A stretch of DNA of 64,000 nt from contig LSRY02000054.1 of the NCBI GenBank assembly GCA_001643675.2, positions 537,525-601,524 of the forward strand. Direction: 5' to 3'. Positions within the stretch are counted from its first letter, which is position 1, and every line of letters starts with the position of its first letter. The notes beneath the pieces were generated by a model that made no database searches, was not told where the DNA came from, and was given only the letters and a program-made list of their open reading frames with translations. Origin of the DNA: Monocercomonoides exilis PA203 (lineage: Eukaryota > Protista > Preaxostyla). Shown here piece after piece: positions 12,721-24,794 of this stretch. The translations under genes and the position numbers were made by a program.

Positions 12721-13915
12721 ATGCCGAAACAAGCAAAAGGAGGATATCATCAAAGTCAACAATCTGAAGAAGACCCCAATCGGTTTGAGTTTAATCATTT
12801 TTTACACTGATCATGACGTCGAACATTTCAAATTTTGCACACTTTTTTTTAGCCTCTGGTGCACATGTCAGGTGTGACACAATTCATAAAAGTTGTCAAT
12901 TATTTAATTTTATGTTATATCTATCAATTATAATTCATGTGCCGCATTGCGCCTTTAAATAAATAACAAATTACAAATTTTCAAAGACTCCTTATGTTGA
13001 AGGTCAATTTATGATTCAGTGCGATATGTGCAATGAAGTTTGATGTTATTATTATATTTATAATTTTTTCAACAAAATTTATTTCTTTTGTTTTTTCTTT
13101 TATTATGATATAAACGCAAATAACATTTTTCAAATTTTAGTGGTTTCATGGAACATGTGTTGGTATTACTCCCAAGCAGGCTGAAACAATGGATACTTAT
13201 TATTGTGATGCTTGTGTTGCGAAATCACAACATAACAAAAAGCGTCTTCCTCCTTCAATGCCTGGAGTTTGTTATTGTTATTGAAGTTTTTTCCAAAATT
13301 GATCTTTCAACTAATATATTTTATTTTCTTTACAAAAAGGCTTCTGACGCATCTAAACCTTCAAAGGATGTGCGTGTAGAGGTTGTGCGTCATCTTGAGT
13401 CAATATTTAAACGTGGAGCTGAAAAGTGCATTGGAGTTTTAAAGAGCGAGATTGACGCTGGAGTTGGTGAGTCTGAAAAAGCTCAAAAAGAGCGAGAAAT
13501 CGAGTTGGTGCGTCAAGTGATGCAGTCCAATGAAAAATTACATGAAATGTCAGTTGATGCTGAAAGAGGCTTGAAAGAGATGTGTGGAGGCGAAAAGGAA
13601 AAGCGATACAGAGATCAATATAGAACCATCAAATCGAAAATGGACTCTGATGAAGCTGCTAATAATCCATGGAGGCTGAAATTCTTTTTGGGAGAACGTT
13701 TGCAAATTTGTTAATTTATTTATAAGTTTTTGACAATCCGTAATTTTTATTTTTAATTTTTTCTCATTCGAAATTGAAATACTTTTTTTTCATATAATTT
13801 TGCTTGTTTGCAAATAATTGGCTTTTTAGAACCTGCTTATAATATGGGAGCTGCTGAGATGTCAGGTTCCGTTGATCCTGCTGCCCAGCCTCCGCAACAT
13901 CCAGTTTTAATGTGA
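12721..13915 (+). CDS. PHD finger + TFIIS central-domain protein (Bye1/PHF3/DIDO-like); exons ~12721-12782, 12853-12871, 12987-13037, 13141-13266, 13340-13697, 13830-13915
   Basis: Manual splicing at GT-AG gives LWCTCQTPYVEGQFMIQCDMCNEWFHGTCVGITPKQAETMDTYYCDAC, a C4HC3 PHD finger. It is followed by YRDQYRTIKSKM...WRLKFFLGE...MGAAEM, resembling TFIIS_M. The ORF track mostly misses it; the last exon is less certain. Confidence 0.82.
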
Positions 13916-14556
13916 GTTTAATTGTCACCCTAATATTTTAATTTGAGCTGGTCGATATCTCTCCCACTTCAATTGTTATACGTTTTTTACTTGTCACCAG
14001 CATGCAGATAATGCTTTATCATTCACTTTTATTCAATTTGCTTATTGGATTGAAATAGACACTGTATTGTAAATCTTTAGACTGCTTAATTATGTAATAT
14101 TTTTTATCCTATTTCAAACAGTACAGCTATAAAGTCAATATTTATCTAAATTTTCTAATATATATACCAAAATGTTTCAAAGAAAATAATTCAAAATCGC
14201 AGTCAATCGTTGAAAGAGAAGTCCATGTTTATTGAAACCTTGATAAAATAAGCTTAGAAATTCCAAGTTTTGTTTTGGATAATTAATAAAATCTTGAAAG
14301 AAATATAAAAAATTTGAATGAGAATTTCAATGTATAACAATGAAATTTTCAACAGTTTCAATTTGTTTCAAAAACTCTTTTTTTAATTTCCACTTTCTTT
14401 ACTCAATTTAAAAAAAAAAGTTTTTTCTTCAACAAACTACATTCAAAAATTGTTCCAAAAAATATCAATTTAGTTGTTGCATACACCAAAAATGTTTCAA
14501 AATCGAAAAACTTTCAAGCACAGTCGAAAGTTAGAAAAACTTCAAATTCACAAAAT

Positions 14557-14831
14557 GGGGAAAAATACGGACTTTCAAGCTTTTTATGTGCAAAGTTCAA
14601 AAAATTTGCTTCACTTATAACTTTGTTTCGATTTCTCTGATTTTCAAAAAATTGGATTTTCATCTCAGGGATCGGATATCATTGATTTTACAGCATTAAG
14701 TTTAGTGACATTTCACGAATGTCGAAGAATGGAATCATTTTTACTGTGTATTTTTATCAAAAAAAGTCAATTAAAAGTGCTTTTTTTTTTTTTTTTTTTT
14801 AAGAAAATGCTTGAAGAGATATATTTTCCCC
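14557..14831. mobile_element. MITE-like element, family A copy 1 (GGGG-AAAATA...TATTTT-CCCC termini)
   Basis: It has short terminal inverted repeats and is a diverged, colinear copy of 17357..17624 (shared GGACTTTCAAGCTTTTTATG, CATTGAT, AGTGAC, GAAAATGC). Confidence 0.6.
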
Positions 14832-14859
14832 TAAATGCTGACAAAAATACAAAGATAAT

Positions 14860-14860
<1 letters not shown>

Positions 14861-14911
<51 letters not shown>
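14861..14911 (+). repeat. Poly-A tract (~51 nt)
   Basis: Uninterrupted A run; its length may be affected by sequencing error. Confidence 0.9.
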
Positions 14912-14912
<1 letters not shown>

Positions 14913-14948
14913 ATTGTTGTTGTTGAAATATCTTTTATATTTGTAATT

Positions 14949-15206
14949 TGGGTGATTATTTTTGAAATCATATTTTTTTGTTCATAATTTTCGGTTTATA
15001 AATCACCCTTGAATATTTATAAATGAACACAAAAAAAGTCAAATGGTATGTTTGAGACATCTTCATCTTTATTTCAGCAAAAACATTTGTTTTTGAAACA
15101 GTTGTGATAGTTTCAATGTTTGAATTCGAAATCTCTTCCCAATAACAAACAATCTTTGAAAAATCAACACCCCGAAAAAAGATATGATTTCAAAAATAAT
15201 CACCCA
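14949..15206. mobile_element. MITE-like element with perfect 25-bp terminal inverted repeats
   Basis: TGGGTGATTATTTTTGAAATCATAT (14949-14973) is the exact reverse complement of ATATGATTTCAAAAATAATCACCCA (15182-15206). The interior is non-coding and no clear TSD is visible. Confidence 0.7.
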
Positions 15207-17356
15207 TTTAGATTATTTTTTATCTCTTTTCCGATATGTTTTTGTGCTTCATTTTGTTTAATTGAAATTTTTTGAAACATGAGCTGAATTCTGATTTATT
15301 TTTATCTCATTTCAATTGAAAGGATCCTTCTTCACAGAAATTTTCCCAAAGAAAATTTTTGTTTATAAACCAATTTTTAGTGGTATGATGAATTCAGAAT
15401 TTGTTCTCTTTTTTCGTGTTTATTTTAACGAAATACTCATTTCTTTTGAAAAAAACTAATGTTTTAAGTTTTGTTTCGAGTTTGTTATTGAGTTAATTTT
15501 GGTATAAAATTGTGAAATTTTGAAAAAAAACAACAATCCAAACATTACGAATTTTTTTCTCATATACAAAAGAAAAACATTTCTTTTCCATTGAATACTT
15601 TTTATTAAAGTTAATTTTTTCGATTAATTTTCGATTTCTATCAAAAGTTTTTCAACTTTTGTTGAAAGTGATTCAATTTTAAAATTTTTTTGGTTTTATT
15701 CTTTCCATTAAAAAAAAATCGTTTTTTTCTTTTTCTTCGATTTTTCATTTTCTTTTTCTTCTTTCTTTGTTGGTTGGTGTGTTAATAAATTGACATATTC
15801 TTTTTTTCGGCAATAAACACGTTTATGATTTTATTCTTCATAAAACCTACTGCATAAAGAAAAAAATGAACTTTCTTTTGATCTCACTGATAAGCTCGAA
15901 TCAAATAGGTAATTCTTTATGAAAAGTCGCAATTTTTTAATTTTCAGATAAATCAAAAATTTCATATTTTGCTCAAAATTTTGTTAACATCAACAAAACT
16001 TCACAAACATGGAATCAATATTTGGATAATGCAATTTTAAACATTCTAAAGAAGATTCGTGAGTAGAAACAGAAATTTGACCAAATTATGAAATTTTTGA
16101 TTTATTTAAAATTAAAGCATTTGCGTCTTTTCAAAAAGAATTACCCAAATAGAAGCATAATATTGTCGTTCCTTTCCATTTTTATTTCAATTTGAACAAA
16201 TTGGATTGTTTATCTCGGACACAGTTTATTATTCCTAATAGTGATGATCGCTTTGTATGTTTCTTTGACTTGTGAATTCACGTTTTCATGTTCGACATTG
16301 GAGTTTTTTTTTAATCTATTTTTTGACTTTCAAAAACATCTGTTTTAAATTCACTCCGAATGAAGATAAATGTGAAATATTTTTTTATATGTTCGTTTCG
16401 ATTAAATACACCAAAAATTATTCAAATTCGAAAATGAATAATTCAATTTAGAAGCAATAATTTTTTTGTTTTGTGGAATAAATAACTTGTGTTTTGGGTT
16501 TTAAATTCTTTTAATTATTATCTCATTAGCAAATTTTGTTTATCAATATTTGAGAAATGATGCATTTTCATTTTGAAAATGTTTTTTATTTTGAATGAAG
16601 GTTTATTGATTGAAGTTAATTTGAAAAGGAAATAAATACTTTTTCATGTATAAAACCGATATTATTCAAAAATTTGCCAATGAAACAATCACATTATTGT
16701 GAAGAAATAATTCAATAATCGTGATAAAATTTTTTCAATTTTTATTTGGTTATTCAATAGAATGAATTTTTATAAAACTATTATTATTTGAGTGATGATT
16801 TTCGAAAATGAAATAATTTTTTATAAAAAATTGATTTCTTGATTGTTGCAATAAAAAATACAGTTTTAATGAGTAATAAAATTTGATTTGTTAAAAAATA
16901 ACTTGAACTTTTCTGAAATCCATTCTCGAGAAAAATTAAAAATTTCAGTTTTTAATGAATTTCGAAATTGTATAAATCATTTTCGAAATTGAATTGTTCT
17001 TTTTCGAATTTGAATTAATAAATTACGAAATTGAATTATTTTTTTTCGAATTAGAATTATTTTTGGTGTATCAGGTTAAAATGAAAAACGAATGTTATCA
17101 TCAAATTTTCAATTCAACTCACCGAAATACACCAGCATGGAAACGATTACAGCATCAAGCGTTAATTTCAACTCTGGTGAATTTTTGTTAGTTGGCATGA
17201 ATATTTGATGAAAATATTCGTTTATCATTTTACCTGATAATTAAACAAAAGGAACTTTTCAAAAAATTTCTCATATAAGTGATAATCTCTGAAATCACAA
17301 ATTTTCAATGAGATAACGAAAAATAATTCTTTTGTCAAAGGAAAAAATGGTTATTT

Positions 17357-17624
17357 GGGGCAAAATATGGACTTTCAAGCTTTTTATGCACAAAGCACAA
17401 AAAAATGTTTCACTCATAACATTTTTAAACTTTATCAGATTTCAAAATAAATTTGATTTTCCTAACTGAAAGCAAACATCATTGATATTATAACATAAAG
17501 TTCAGTGACTTCGTATATATTTCGAAAAACAAACCCATTTATTTTCTATTTTTAAGATCACTGAAAATTCATCCAAGGTGCATAATTTTTCAATGAAAAT
17601 GCCTGAAGTGAAATATTTTACCCC
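17357..17624. mobile_element. MITE-like element, family A copy 2
   Basis: Termini GGGGCAAAATAT...ATATTTTACCCC form an inverted repeat with one mismatch. The element is homologous to 14557..14831. Confidence 0.6.
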
Positions 17625-18525
17625 ATTATTTCAACGGTTTTGTTTTCAAAACATAAAGAACAAAAGATTTAATACAGATTTCTTATCATCAAGTTTTTGA
17701 TATTTTACGTTTTTAATCATCTTTTAAAAACAAAGAAGAATTTCAATGATAAAAACTGTTTTTATTGAATGAAAATGACAAAATCTTTTCATAATTGAAC
17801 TTTCATTTGAGTTTTTTATCAGGAATTTTTCCTCCATGGACGTTTCGATGTTGTTTTTTGTTCAGGAGGCAATAAAAGAAACAGCACACTCATGGTTTTT
17901 CACATTCTTTTCACAAAAAAATTTGAGAATAATATATGAATAAACGAATAATAAAAGTGTGATTTCAATAAGGTTCAATAAAATTTCTTATTAGAAGAAT
18001 TGCTTGTATTCACACTTTTTAGGACAAAAATAATAAATAGTGACAAAAAAACGAAAAAAAAAAAAAATAATAAAACAAAAACTAGATCCAAATCCAAAGC
18101 AAAAACAAAAACATTGATTATATAAAAAACAAGGTCAGTATTTCTTCATTTTGAAAATAAATACGATTTGTTTTTGACTTTTTTTTAAAAATATCATTAA
18201 AAAAAAAGTCTATCATTTTCATTTAAAATTCATTCTGAAAAATTATCTAAAAGAGAAAAATATTAGAACATTTAACATTAAATACAATTCATAAAGCAAA
18301 AATATTTGTTCCTAATACGTTTGAACTCAAACAGCGAGATTATTAATGCTTCATTGATAATAAGTCACTAACACTTTTATGAAATACTTTTTTGAAAATA
18401 ACATTTCAACAATTTTTATTTCTATATAAAATTTACCATATTGTTCTCAATCAAATGTCTCTGACATAAAAGTTGGATTATTTTTAATTATAGTTACGTG
18501 ATCAAAACATTGGATTGAGCCTAAA

Positions 18526-21500
18526 ATGTTTATTATAATAGCACTATTTGCAAGCGCTTTTTCAAACACAAACGAAAATAATCAAAGTTTTTCGGAAAGG
18601 GAATTTATTGCTGAAAGAGGAAGAGTTCAAAAAGCACCAATAACAATTGTTTTTATTTCCGACAGAGGGGACGATTCGAACCCCAACTGTGGAGTCGAAG
18701 CCGAACCATGCAAATCGGTTGCGAAAGGAATTGAAAGACTTGGAGACGATCCTGGGGACAAATCTATTAAAATTGTTGATTTTGCAGAGATTCAATATGA
18801 ATTTATATTTAACAAAGAGTTCAGCTTAACAATGGATTCAAGAGTAGACAGTAACACCAGAGGAATGCTTGATTTTGACTTGAAAGATCTCGTGGAAAAA
18901 GGAAAGTTCCATATTATTAACGAAAAAATTTTAAAATTGGAACATTTGACATTTAATCTAATTTTATCTCAGACTGAACAATTGTCAACAGAAACAGACG
19001 AGGAATCGGCGATTATTCTTTCTAGAGGTTTTGACGGAGACTTTGCAATTTGCGACTGTGGCATTAGTCTTAACAGATGGACAGAAGATTTATTGCCTTT
19101 TTCGCTCTTGAGTGTTACGGAAGGGAAAATCTCAATTAACAAGTTTTATTGGATATTGTCATCAAATTTCAAAAACTTTAATGGAGCAATTTTGCATATT
19201 TCTGAAGATGCCACTTTACAAAAATTGAGAGGCTTCGAATTTGGTGAAGCTACATTGAACAAAGAATGCGCTCTGAAACTTCCATCATCATTTACACTGG
19301 AAGGAAGTAACTTTGATTATGCTAACAGAAAAACTGCAGGCCCTGCGATACTTGAGGCTAAAAGCGAGGAAAACAAAAAAGTTGAGATTTCAATTTCAGA
19401 ATGCTCATTTACTTCAATATCGCCTTTGTCAGAAAAGGGAAGCAGCCTTTATTTTGAAATGATGCATCCAGAGAGTGAGCTGAATGTCATTGATTCAACA
19501 TTCAGGAATGGGGAGGCTACAAAAGGTGGGGGGATGATGATTGGGATGACGAAAGGGAAAGTGAAACTGGAAAACGTTGAATTTTCTGGCTGCGTGGCCA
19601 CAGAAGGAGGAGGAGGGCTGTACGCACTTGAGTTGACGCAAATGGCAGGATTTGAGTGCAATAATGTGAAGTTTGAAAGATGCACAGCGAAGTCTGGAGG
19701 CGGAGTTTATTTGACTTTGGACGAAGAGAACATAAAAGGCGACGGAATCTTTTTTAAGGATTGCTTCTTTGCGAAAAATGAGGGTAAAATAGATGCAAAC
19801 GACGTGGTTATCCTCTGCAAGGGGGATTCTGAGATGAACAAGAATCCTTTTGATGCAGCATGCATTAGCTCAACGAAGAAAGAGCGAGTTGTCGTGAAAA
19901 GGCCAAGCACCACATCAATCATACACGACGATTGGCTGGCTTACAACTCGTTCGAAGTGGATGTTGACGCGATAAATGGAGTGGACAACGACGAATGCGG
20001 CAAAGAAGGGAATAAGCCATGCAAAACGATGAAAAAGGCGATTGAGAACAGCCTTACGGGGAGGCTGTTTCGCATTTACACAACCAAAAATTGCAACAAA
20101 TACGACATCGAACCAATTACAATAGAAGGGCGCAAAATTGAGGTTTTAAACAGAGATGTCAGCAAAATCTCCATTACAACAGCTCTGGACGAAACGAAGG
20201 TGCTTCCAGGCGAAGGGGTTTTCAACTTGAAACAGCAAGGCAGTCTTCTGCTGTACGAAGCAGAAATCAATGTGGACACGACAAGAGCAAGCGGAAGAAG
20301 CAACGGGCTGATTGTTACAGACGGCGACGATGCATCAGCCCAGCTTTGTAATGTTAATATCACAGCGACTGATGAAAATCAAGAGCTTAACTGCGCTTTG
20401 ATAGAATGCAAGACGGGGACATTATATTTAGTTACCGTAACCGTCGAGAACTTTATTTCTTCGTCTGCAATTATTCTTTGCGAAGCAGCAAATGCAGTTA
20501 CATTCTTCGGATTTTTGCTCAATAAGCTTTCAGTCAAAAGCGCAACACAGTCTGTTGTGACTGTTTTGGAGGGATGCAAACAAGTTTCTGTGACAAATGG
20601 CAGAATTCTGAACTGCTGGTCGGTGGAACACAAAATAGGAGGCTGCATATATATGGAAGTTGGAAACAGCGCCAATGAATTTTCAGTTTCGCACACAACT
20701 TTTCGAAATTGTTCTGTCAGAAATCCAACGAGCAATGAGGAAGCAAATGCATTAGACAGAAATGAAGAATCAAAAGGAGGAGCGATGTTTGTTCGAGTCG
20801 CCGATGGCGTTACCGATCCAGTTAAATTATCATTAGAAAATTTGAATTTCATTGATTGTGCAGCTGACAGAGGAGAGTACATATACTTGTCTCTTCCAGT
20901 TGGAAGAGAGCAATTGAAAGATGAACTCTTAATATTTGAAATGGAGGATATTTATGGAGAGCCGAATGGAATACTTTTGGAAGAAAGGAAAGGCGATGAA
21001 GCAAATATTATCGATCTTTTAACAGACGAAGCTAACAGACTGCCATATCATTCGAGCAGGATCTTTGTTGGAGGAGAGAAAGCAAGCAATGGAAAGAGCT
21101 GCGGAAGCAAAACAGTGCCGTGCGATCGAATCAGTACAGGAACAAAACACAATATACCAGACGAGGCATTTATGATGCTCTTTATTGGAATGGTTTCAGT
21201 AGACGAACCATTTGAAACAAAGCAGCCAATGACATTCGCTTCAGCACCTGATTCATCTTCGTCTTCATTGTTAACTGCAGAGCCAAATCGCGGGGCGCTT
21301 CATGTTGAATCAAAGATATACGCTGGGAAATCGCTGGCAGTGTTTGAAAACTGGCGCTATTCTTGTACATTCAGGCATGTTGATATAGAATACCCAGATG
21401 CAGTTGAAGGAGAAGCACTGAATTTGATCTTCACTCAAAATCAATTGACCATCATTGATGTTGTGCTTAGACCGTGGTTTACAGAGCTGACAGGAGAAAG

Positions 21501-22596
21501 CGTCCAAGGAGGAGAAGGAAAACCGTTACCGTACAAGCTGATAGTGATTGAGAAGGAATTTGGAAACTTTAAGCAACTTGCGATTTACGGAAGAAATGGC
21601 AATACAAACAAAGGGAGACGAGCTGACGAAGAGAAAAGCGAAAAAAACCAATATTTTTTGGAGATGAAAGGAAAAAAGACAAAACCAGAGCCAATTAACA
21701 AAATAAAAGAGGCAGAGAATGGTCTGTGCCTGTGGGATTCAGGGCTTGTGACGCTTCACGAGACTCGGACAACAGTCTTTGAAGACTGCTCGTTTGTCAA
21801 CATCAGCGAGGGAGTCATCTTCACAGACGGAAGTCCCTTGAATCTGAGCAACTGCAGCTTTGCAAACAACCATCCAATTGATGCGGATTGGGAGAAATTC
21901 CCTTCATTGAGGCACAACATTCGAGCTAAAGGAAAACAACCTTCTTCTGTTTGTGTTATATCTCTGACACAGGGAAGCGACGGGACGGAAGGGAAGCCGT
22001 TTGGAATGATTGCGGATGGGAATGCGAGCGGAGAAGCAGCGAAAAAAATGGACTCTCTCTTCTTTTCTCCTGTGCTGAAGAATGTGACGATAGTGAAAGA
22101 TGCTGAAGGCGCAAACAGGGGAAAAAGAGAAGCAAATGGAAAAGATAAAGAAAATGAGGAAGAAACAGTGACTGGAATTGTTCATGGAAGCTATCTCTTT
22201 CCTTGTGAATTGACATTTGAAGCTGCAAAAGAAAGAAAAGGAGAAGAGCTGAAATGGGTTGACTGCCCAGTAACAGAGTTTGCGGGAGAGGCAGAAATGA
22301 AAGTGAAGATTCCCAAGGCTCTTCTGGATGTGGACGATCAAACTTCGGTTATGTGCCATTTGTCGTATTCGAGCGGCATAACTGCAAATGAAAAGAAACA
22401 CACAGAAGACTGGTTTTTGGTGAAGCGGAAAGAGGACAATCCGAAGAAATTGACGAGAACACAGCTGATTATAATTATAGCTTCTTCTTGCGCATTTGCA
22501 GTTGTTGTGGCTGTGATTGTGGTGGTTGTCGTGTGTGTTGTGAAAAGAAGGAAGCGAAGAGACTACAAAGAAATTAAAGAAGGGAGCAAATTTTGA
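18526..22596 (+). CDS. Type-I membrane surface protein, probable beta-helix (pectin-lyase/Pmp-like) repeats
   Basis: Intronless 1356-aa ORF with signal peptide MFIIIALFASAFS. It has three CG....PC(K/D) module starts, GGG(L/V)Y and GGAMF motifs, and a C-terminal TM followed by KRRKRR. Confidence 0.85.
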   Translation: MFIIIALFASAFSNTNENNQSFSEREFIAERGRVQKAPITIVFISDRGDDSNPNCGVEAEPCKSVAKGIERLGDDPGDKSIKIVDFAEIQYEFIFNKEFSLTMDSRVDSNTRGMLDFDLKDLVEKGKFHIINEKILKLEHLTFNLILSQTEQLSTETDEESAIILSRGFDGDFAICDCGISLNRWTEDLLPFSLLSVTEGKISINKFYWILSSNFKNFNGAILHISEDATLQKLRGFEFGEATLNKECALKLPSSFTLEGSNFDYANRKTAGPAILEAKSEENKKVEISISECSFTSISPLSEKGSSLYFEMMHPESELNVIDSTFRNGEATKGGGMMIGMTKGKVKLENVEFSGCVATEGGGGLYALELTQMAGFECNNVKFERCTAKSGGGVYLTLDEENIKGDGIFFKDCFFAKNEGKIDANDVVILCKGDSEMNKNPFDAACISSTKKERVVVKRPSTTSIIHDDWLAYNSFEVDVDAINGVDNDECGKEGNKPCKTMKKAIENSLTGRLFRIYTTKNCNKYDIEPITIEGRKIEVLNRDVSKISITTALDETKVLPGEGVFNLKQQGSLLLYEAEINVDTTRASGRSNGLIVTDGDDASAQLCNVNITATDENQELNCALIECKTGTLYLVTVTVENFISSSAIILCEAANAVTFFGFLLNKLSVKSATQSVVTVLEGCKQVSVTNGRILNCWSVEHKIGGCIYMEVGNSANEFSVSHTTFRNCSVRNPTSNEEANALDRNEESKGGAMFVRVADGVTDPVKLSLENLNFIDCAADRGEYIYLSLPVGREQLKDELLIFEMEDIYGEPNGILLEERKGDEANIIDLLTDEANRLPYHSSRIFVGGEKASNGKSCGSKTVPCDRISTGTKHNIPDEAFMMLFIGMVSVDEPFETKQPMTFASAPDSSSSSLLTAEPNRGALHVESKIYAGKSLAVFENWRYSCTFRHVDIEYPDAVEGEALNLIFTQNQLTIIDVVLRPWFTELTGESVQGGEGKPLPYKLIVIEKEFGNFKQLAIYGRNGNTNKGRRADEEKSEKNQYFLEMKGKKTKPEPINKIKEAENGLCLWDSGLVTLHETRTTVFEDCSFVNISEGVIFTDGSPLNLSNCSFANNHPIDADWEKFPSLRHNIRAKGKQPSSVCVISLTQGSDGTEGKPFGMIADGNASGEAAKKMDSLFFSPVLKNVTIVKDAEGANRGKREANGKDKENEEETVTGIVHGSYLFPCELTFEAAKERKGEELKWVDCPVTEFAGEAEMKVKIPKALLDVDDQTSVMCHLSYSSGITANEKKHTEDWFLVKRKEDNPKKLTRTQLIIIIASSCAFAVVVAVIVVVVVCVVKRRKRRDYKEIKEGSKF

Positions 22597-23473
22597 GAAA
22601 GATAAAAAGGATGCTAAAATTAAATTTTTTAAGTTCTGATTATCCATAGAGTGAGAATTTTTCTGAAAATATTAGTTTTATTTTATTTCTTCATTTTTAA
22701 TTTTATCTGTTGTTTATTGCTTTAATTTCTATGTAGTTACGTATTTTAGAGTTTTTGAACATTCAATTATCTGTAAATTGACTTACCTCCAATTGAAAAG
22801 ATGATAAATTCAATGAATATCAATTTATGAGATTATTTGGTTTGAATATACTGTAACGTACGGTTCATTTCAAAGATATTTAGAGAACTTCAAAAATAGG
22901 AGAGATACAATTACTATTTTCTTGTTCATGGCTTAAAATTTGTTGAATTCAAAGTGCCACATTATGAATTCAATGTATATATTTTTTAAAATAAACTCCA
23001 GGAATTTATTTGAAAAAATTGTGTGCGCTTTTTAATAATTTTTAAGAGTTCAATGATTTCTGAAAAAGAAAAGCGAAACGAAAGAATACCAAAACAATTT
23101 CTTTGATTTGTAACACTTTCATTTTTTCAAGATGAATCGTTTTCACATTTCTTCTCCACTTCTTGAAAACACATGGAGCTGAAGAAAACTGACCGGCTTC
23201 CTTTTCCACAAAGTCTATTTCAGACTTTTTGATGAACACAAAATAGTCTCTCTTTTGAATGCCATTAATGTGAAAAGAATTCTCCTGTGCACATTTTTCT
23301 TCATCTATTTTGTGAGATAATAAATTTTGATTAATTGAGAGATCGAAAAAATAAATTGTTAAAAAATGACAAAGAAAAAGATGATGAGAATCTGGGAAAG
23401 TTTCAATGTTGCTTTTTCTTGAACTTCAAGCAACAGTTTGACAATGTGCAAAATGGGCAAAAAGACCAATTGA

Positions 23474-24794
23474 CTAATTCAAATCATTATTCAATTCAAT
23501 TGGTCTTTCAAAAAAGCTGTTGGTAATATCTTCGAATCCCATTTCCTCAAATCCTTCCCTTATCCTTCTTCTTGTCACTTTTTCCGTTTTTTCATCATCT
23601 TCAACTTCATCTTTTTCTTTCATCACCCCATTCAATTTTTTCAAAAGAATTTCAAAAAACTCAAAACACTTTTTTATTGTTGAATTGTGCAAAGTTGATT
23701 CGAAGAAAACAAACAAAAACATATTAACAGCTCCATAGCTCAATAAACTGTGAAGAGTTATATTTTTGTATTTCGCAATACTCACAATGGCAGACAAGCA
23801 ACGGGATGCAATGTCTTCATGGTTGCATTTTGTTTCGTTATGCAACCATATAATCAATTCATTAAGTCTACAAATATCACACATTTGGAGTAATTGTTGA
23901 AAATCAAAAATCATGAATAAATGCAACCACTTCATCACAACTCGAGAGCTTCTAACTTCATTTAACTTGAATTCATTTCTTCTCCACTCCACACTTTCTA
24001 TCAATTCTTTCAATTCTCCAACAACTTCTCTTGAAAAATTCAGTTCACTCATTATTGAACTTTTCAATCCACAGTCATGAAAAACTCGGATTGTCAAAAA
24101 CTGCCAAGCACATTGATATGCAAGTTTCGTCATATTACGATGTTCTTGATGATATTTGATTATTCTTGTTATCTCACTCATATATTGTTCTTTCTTTAAG
24201 TTCTTTTTCAAACAAGTTAAAGAATAATTTAATCAAAAATAAAATAATTTGCAACATACTCTCGCAAGACTGACTTTTACGAGAGCCACAAAAGCAAGTT
24301 CAATATCTTTTTGAGTTTTTCCACTTTCTTTATTTTCAAATGCATCATTAAGAATACAAGGAAGGCAAATGTTAGATATTTCTTTAAAACAGCGGCTATT
24401 CGTAAATGACAAAGATAGATAATTCTGACAAAGTTCAGTCAGAAGCTTTGTATTCATTTCTTCTTTCTTCTTTTTTTCATCAGCGATCATTTTTTCAAAT
24501 CTTTTACGTAAAAGAGACTCTTCAAATATCGCATATTTTGAATAATCCAATACTTCCCACAACTTAATTCGTTTCAATAATGAAAACACTTTTTCAAGAG
24601 TTATTTTCTTTTGTTCAATCATTTTATCAATTTGGTCTAACAGTTCTGTAGTTGCAACATTGAAAAACTCATTTTCGCTCATTTCTTCCATCACTTCACA
24701 TATTTCGTCCATTTTCTGTTTTAGCGTTGCATCTGTATAGAGCTCAAGTTCAGAAACCAATTCTGCAAAAGTTGATGAAAAATCACTATTTCAT
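23474..24794 (-). CDS. Lineage-specific helical protein family member; intron 24259..24203; start codon appears frameshifted by one base
   Basis: The two ORFs (24233..24760 and 23474..24211) join in frame via a 57-nt GTATG...AAAAG intron (LAR|NLKKEQY). The upstream ATG AAA TAG has one A too many to be in frame, so this is either a pseudogene or a homopolymer error. Confidence 0.6.
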
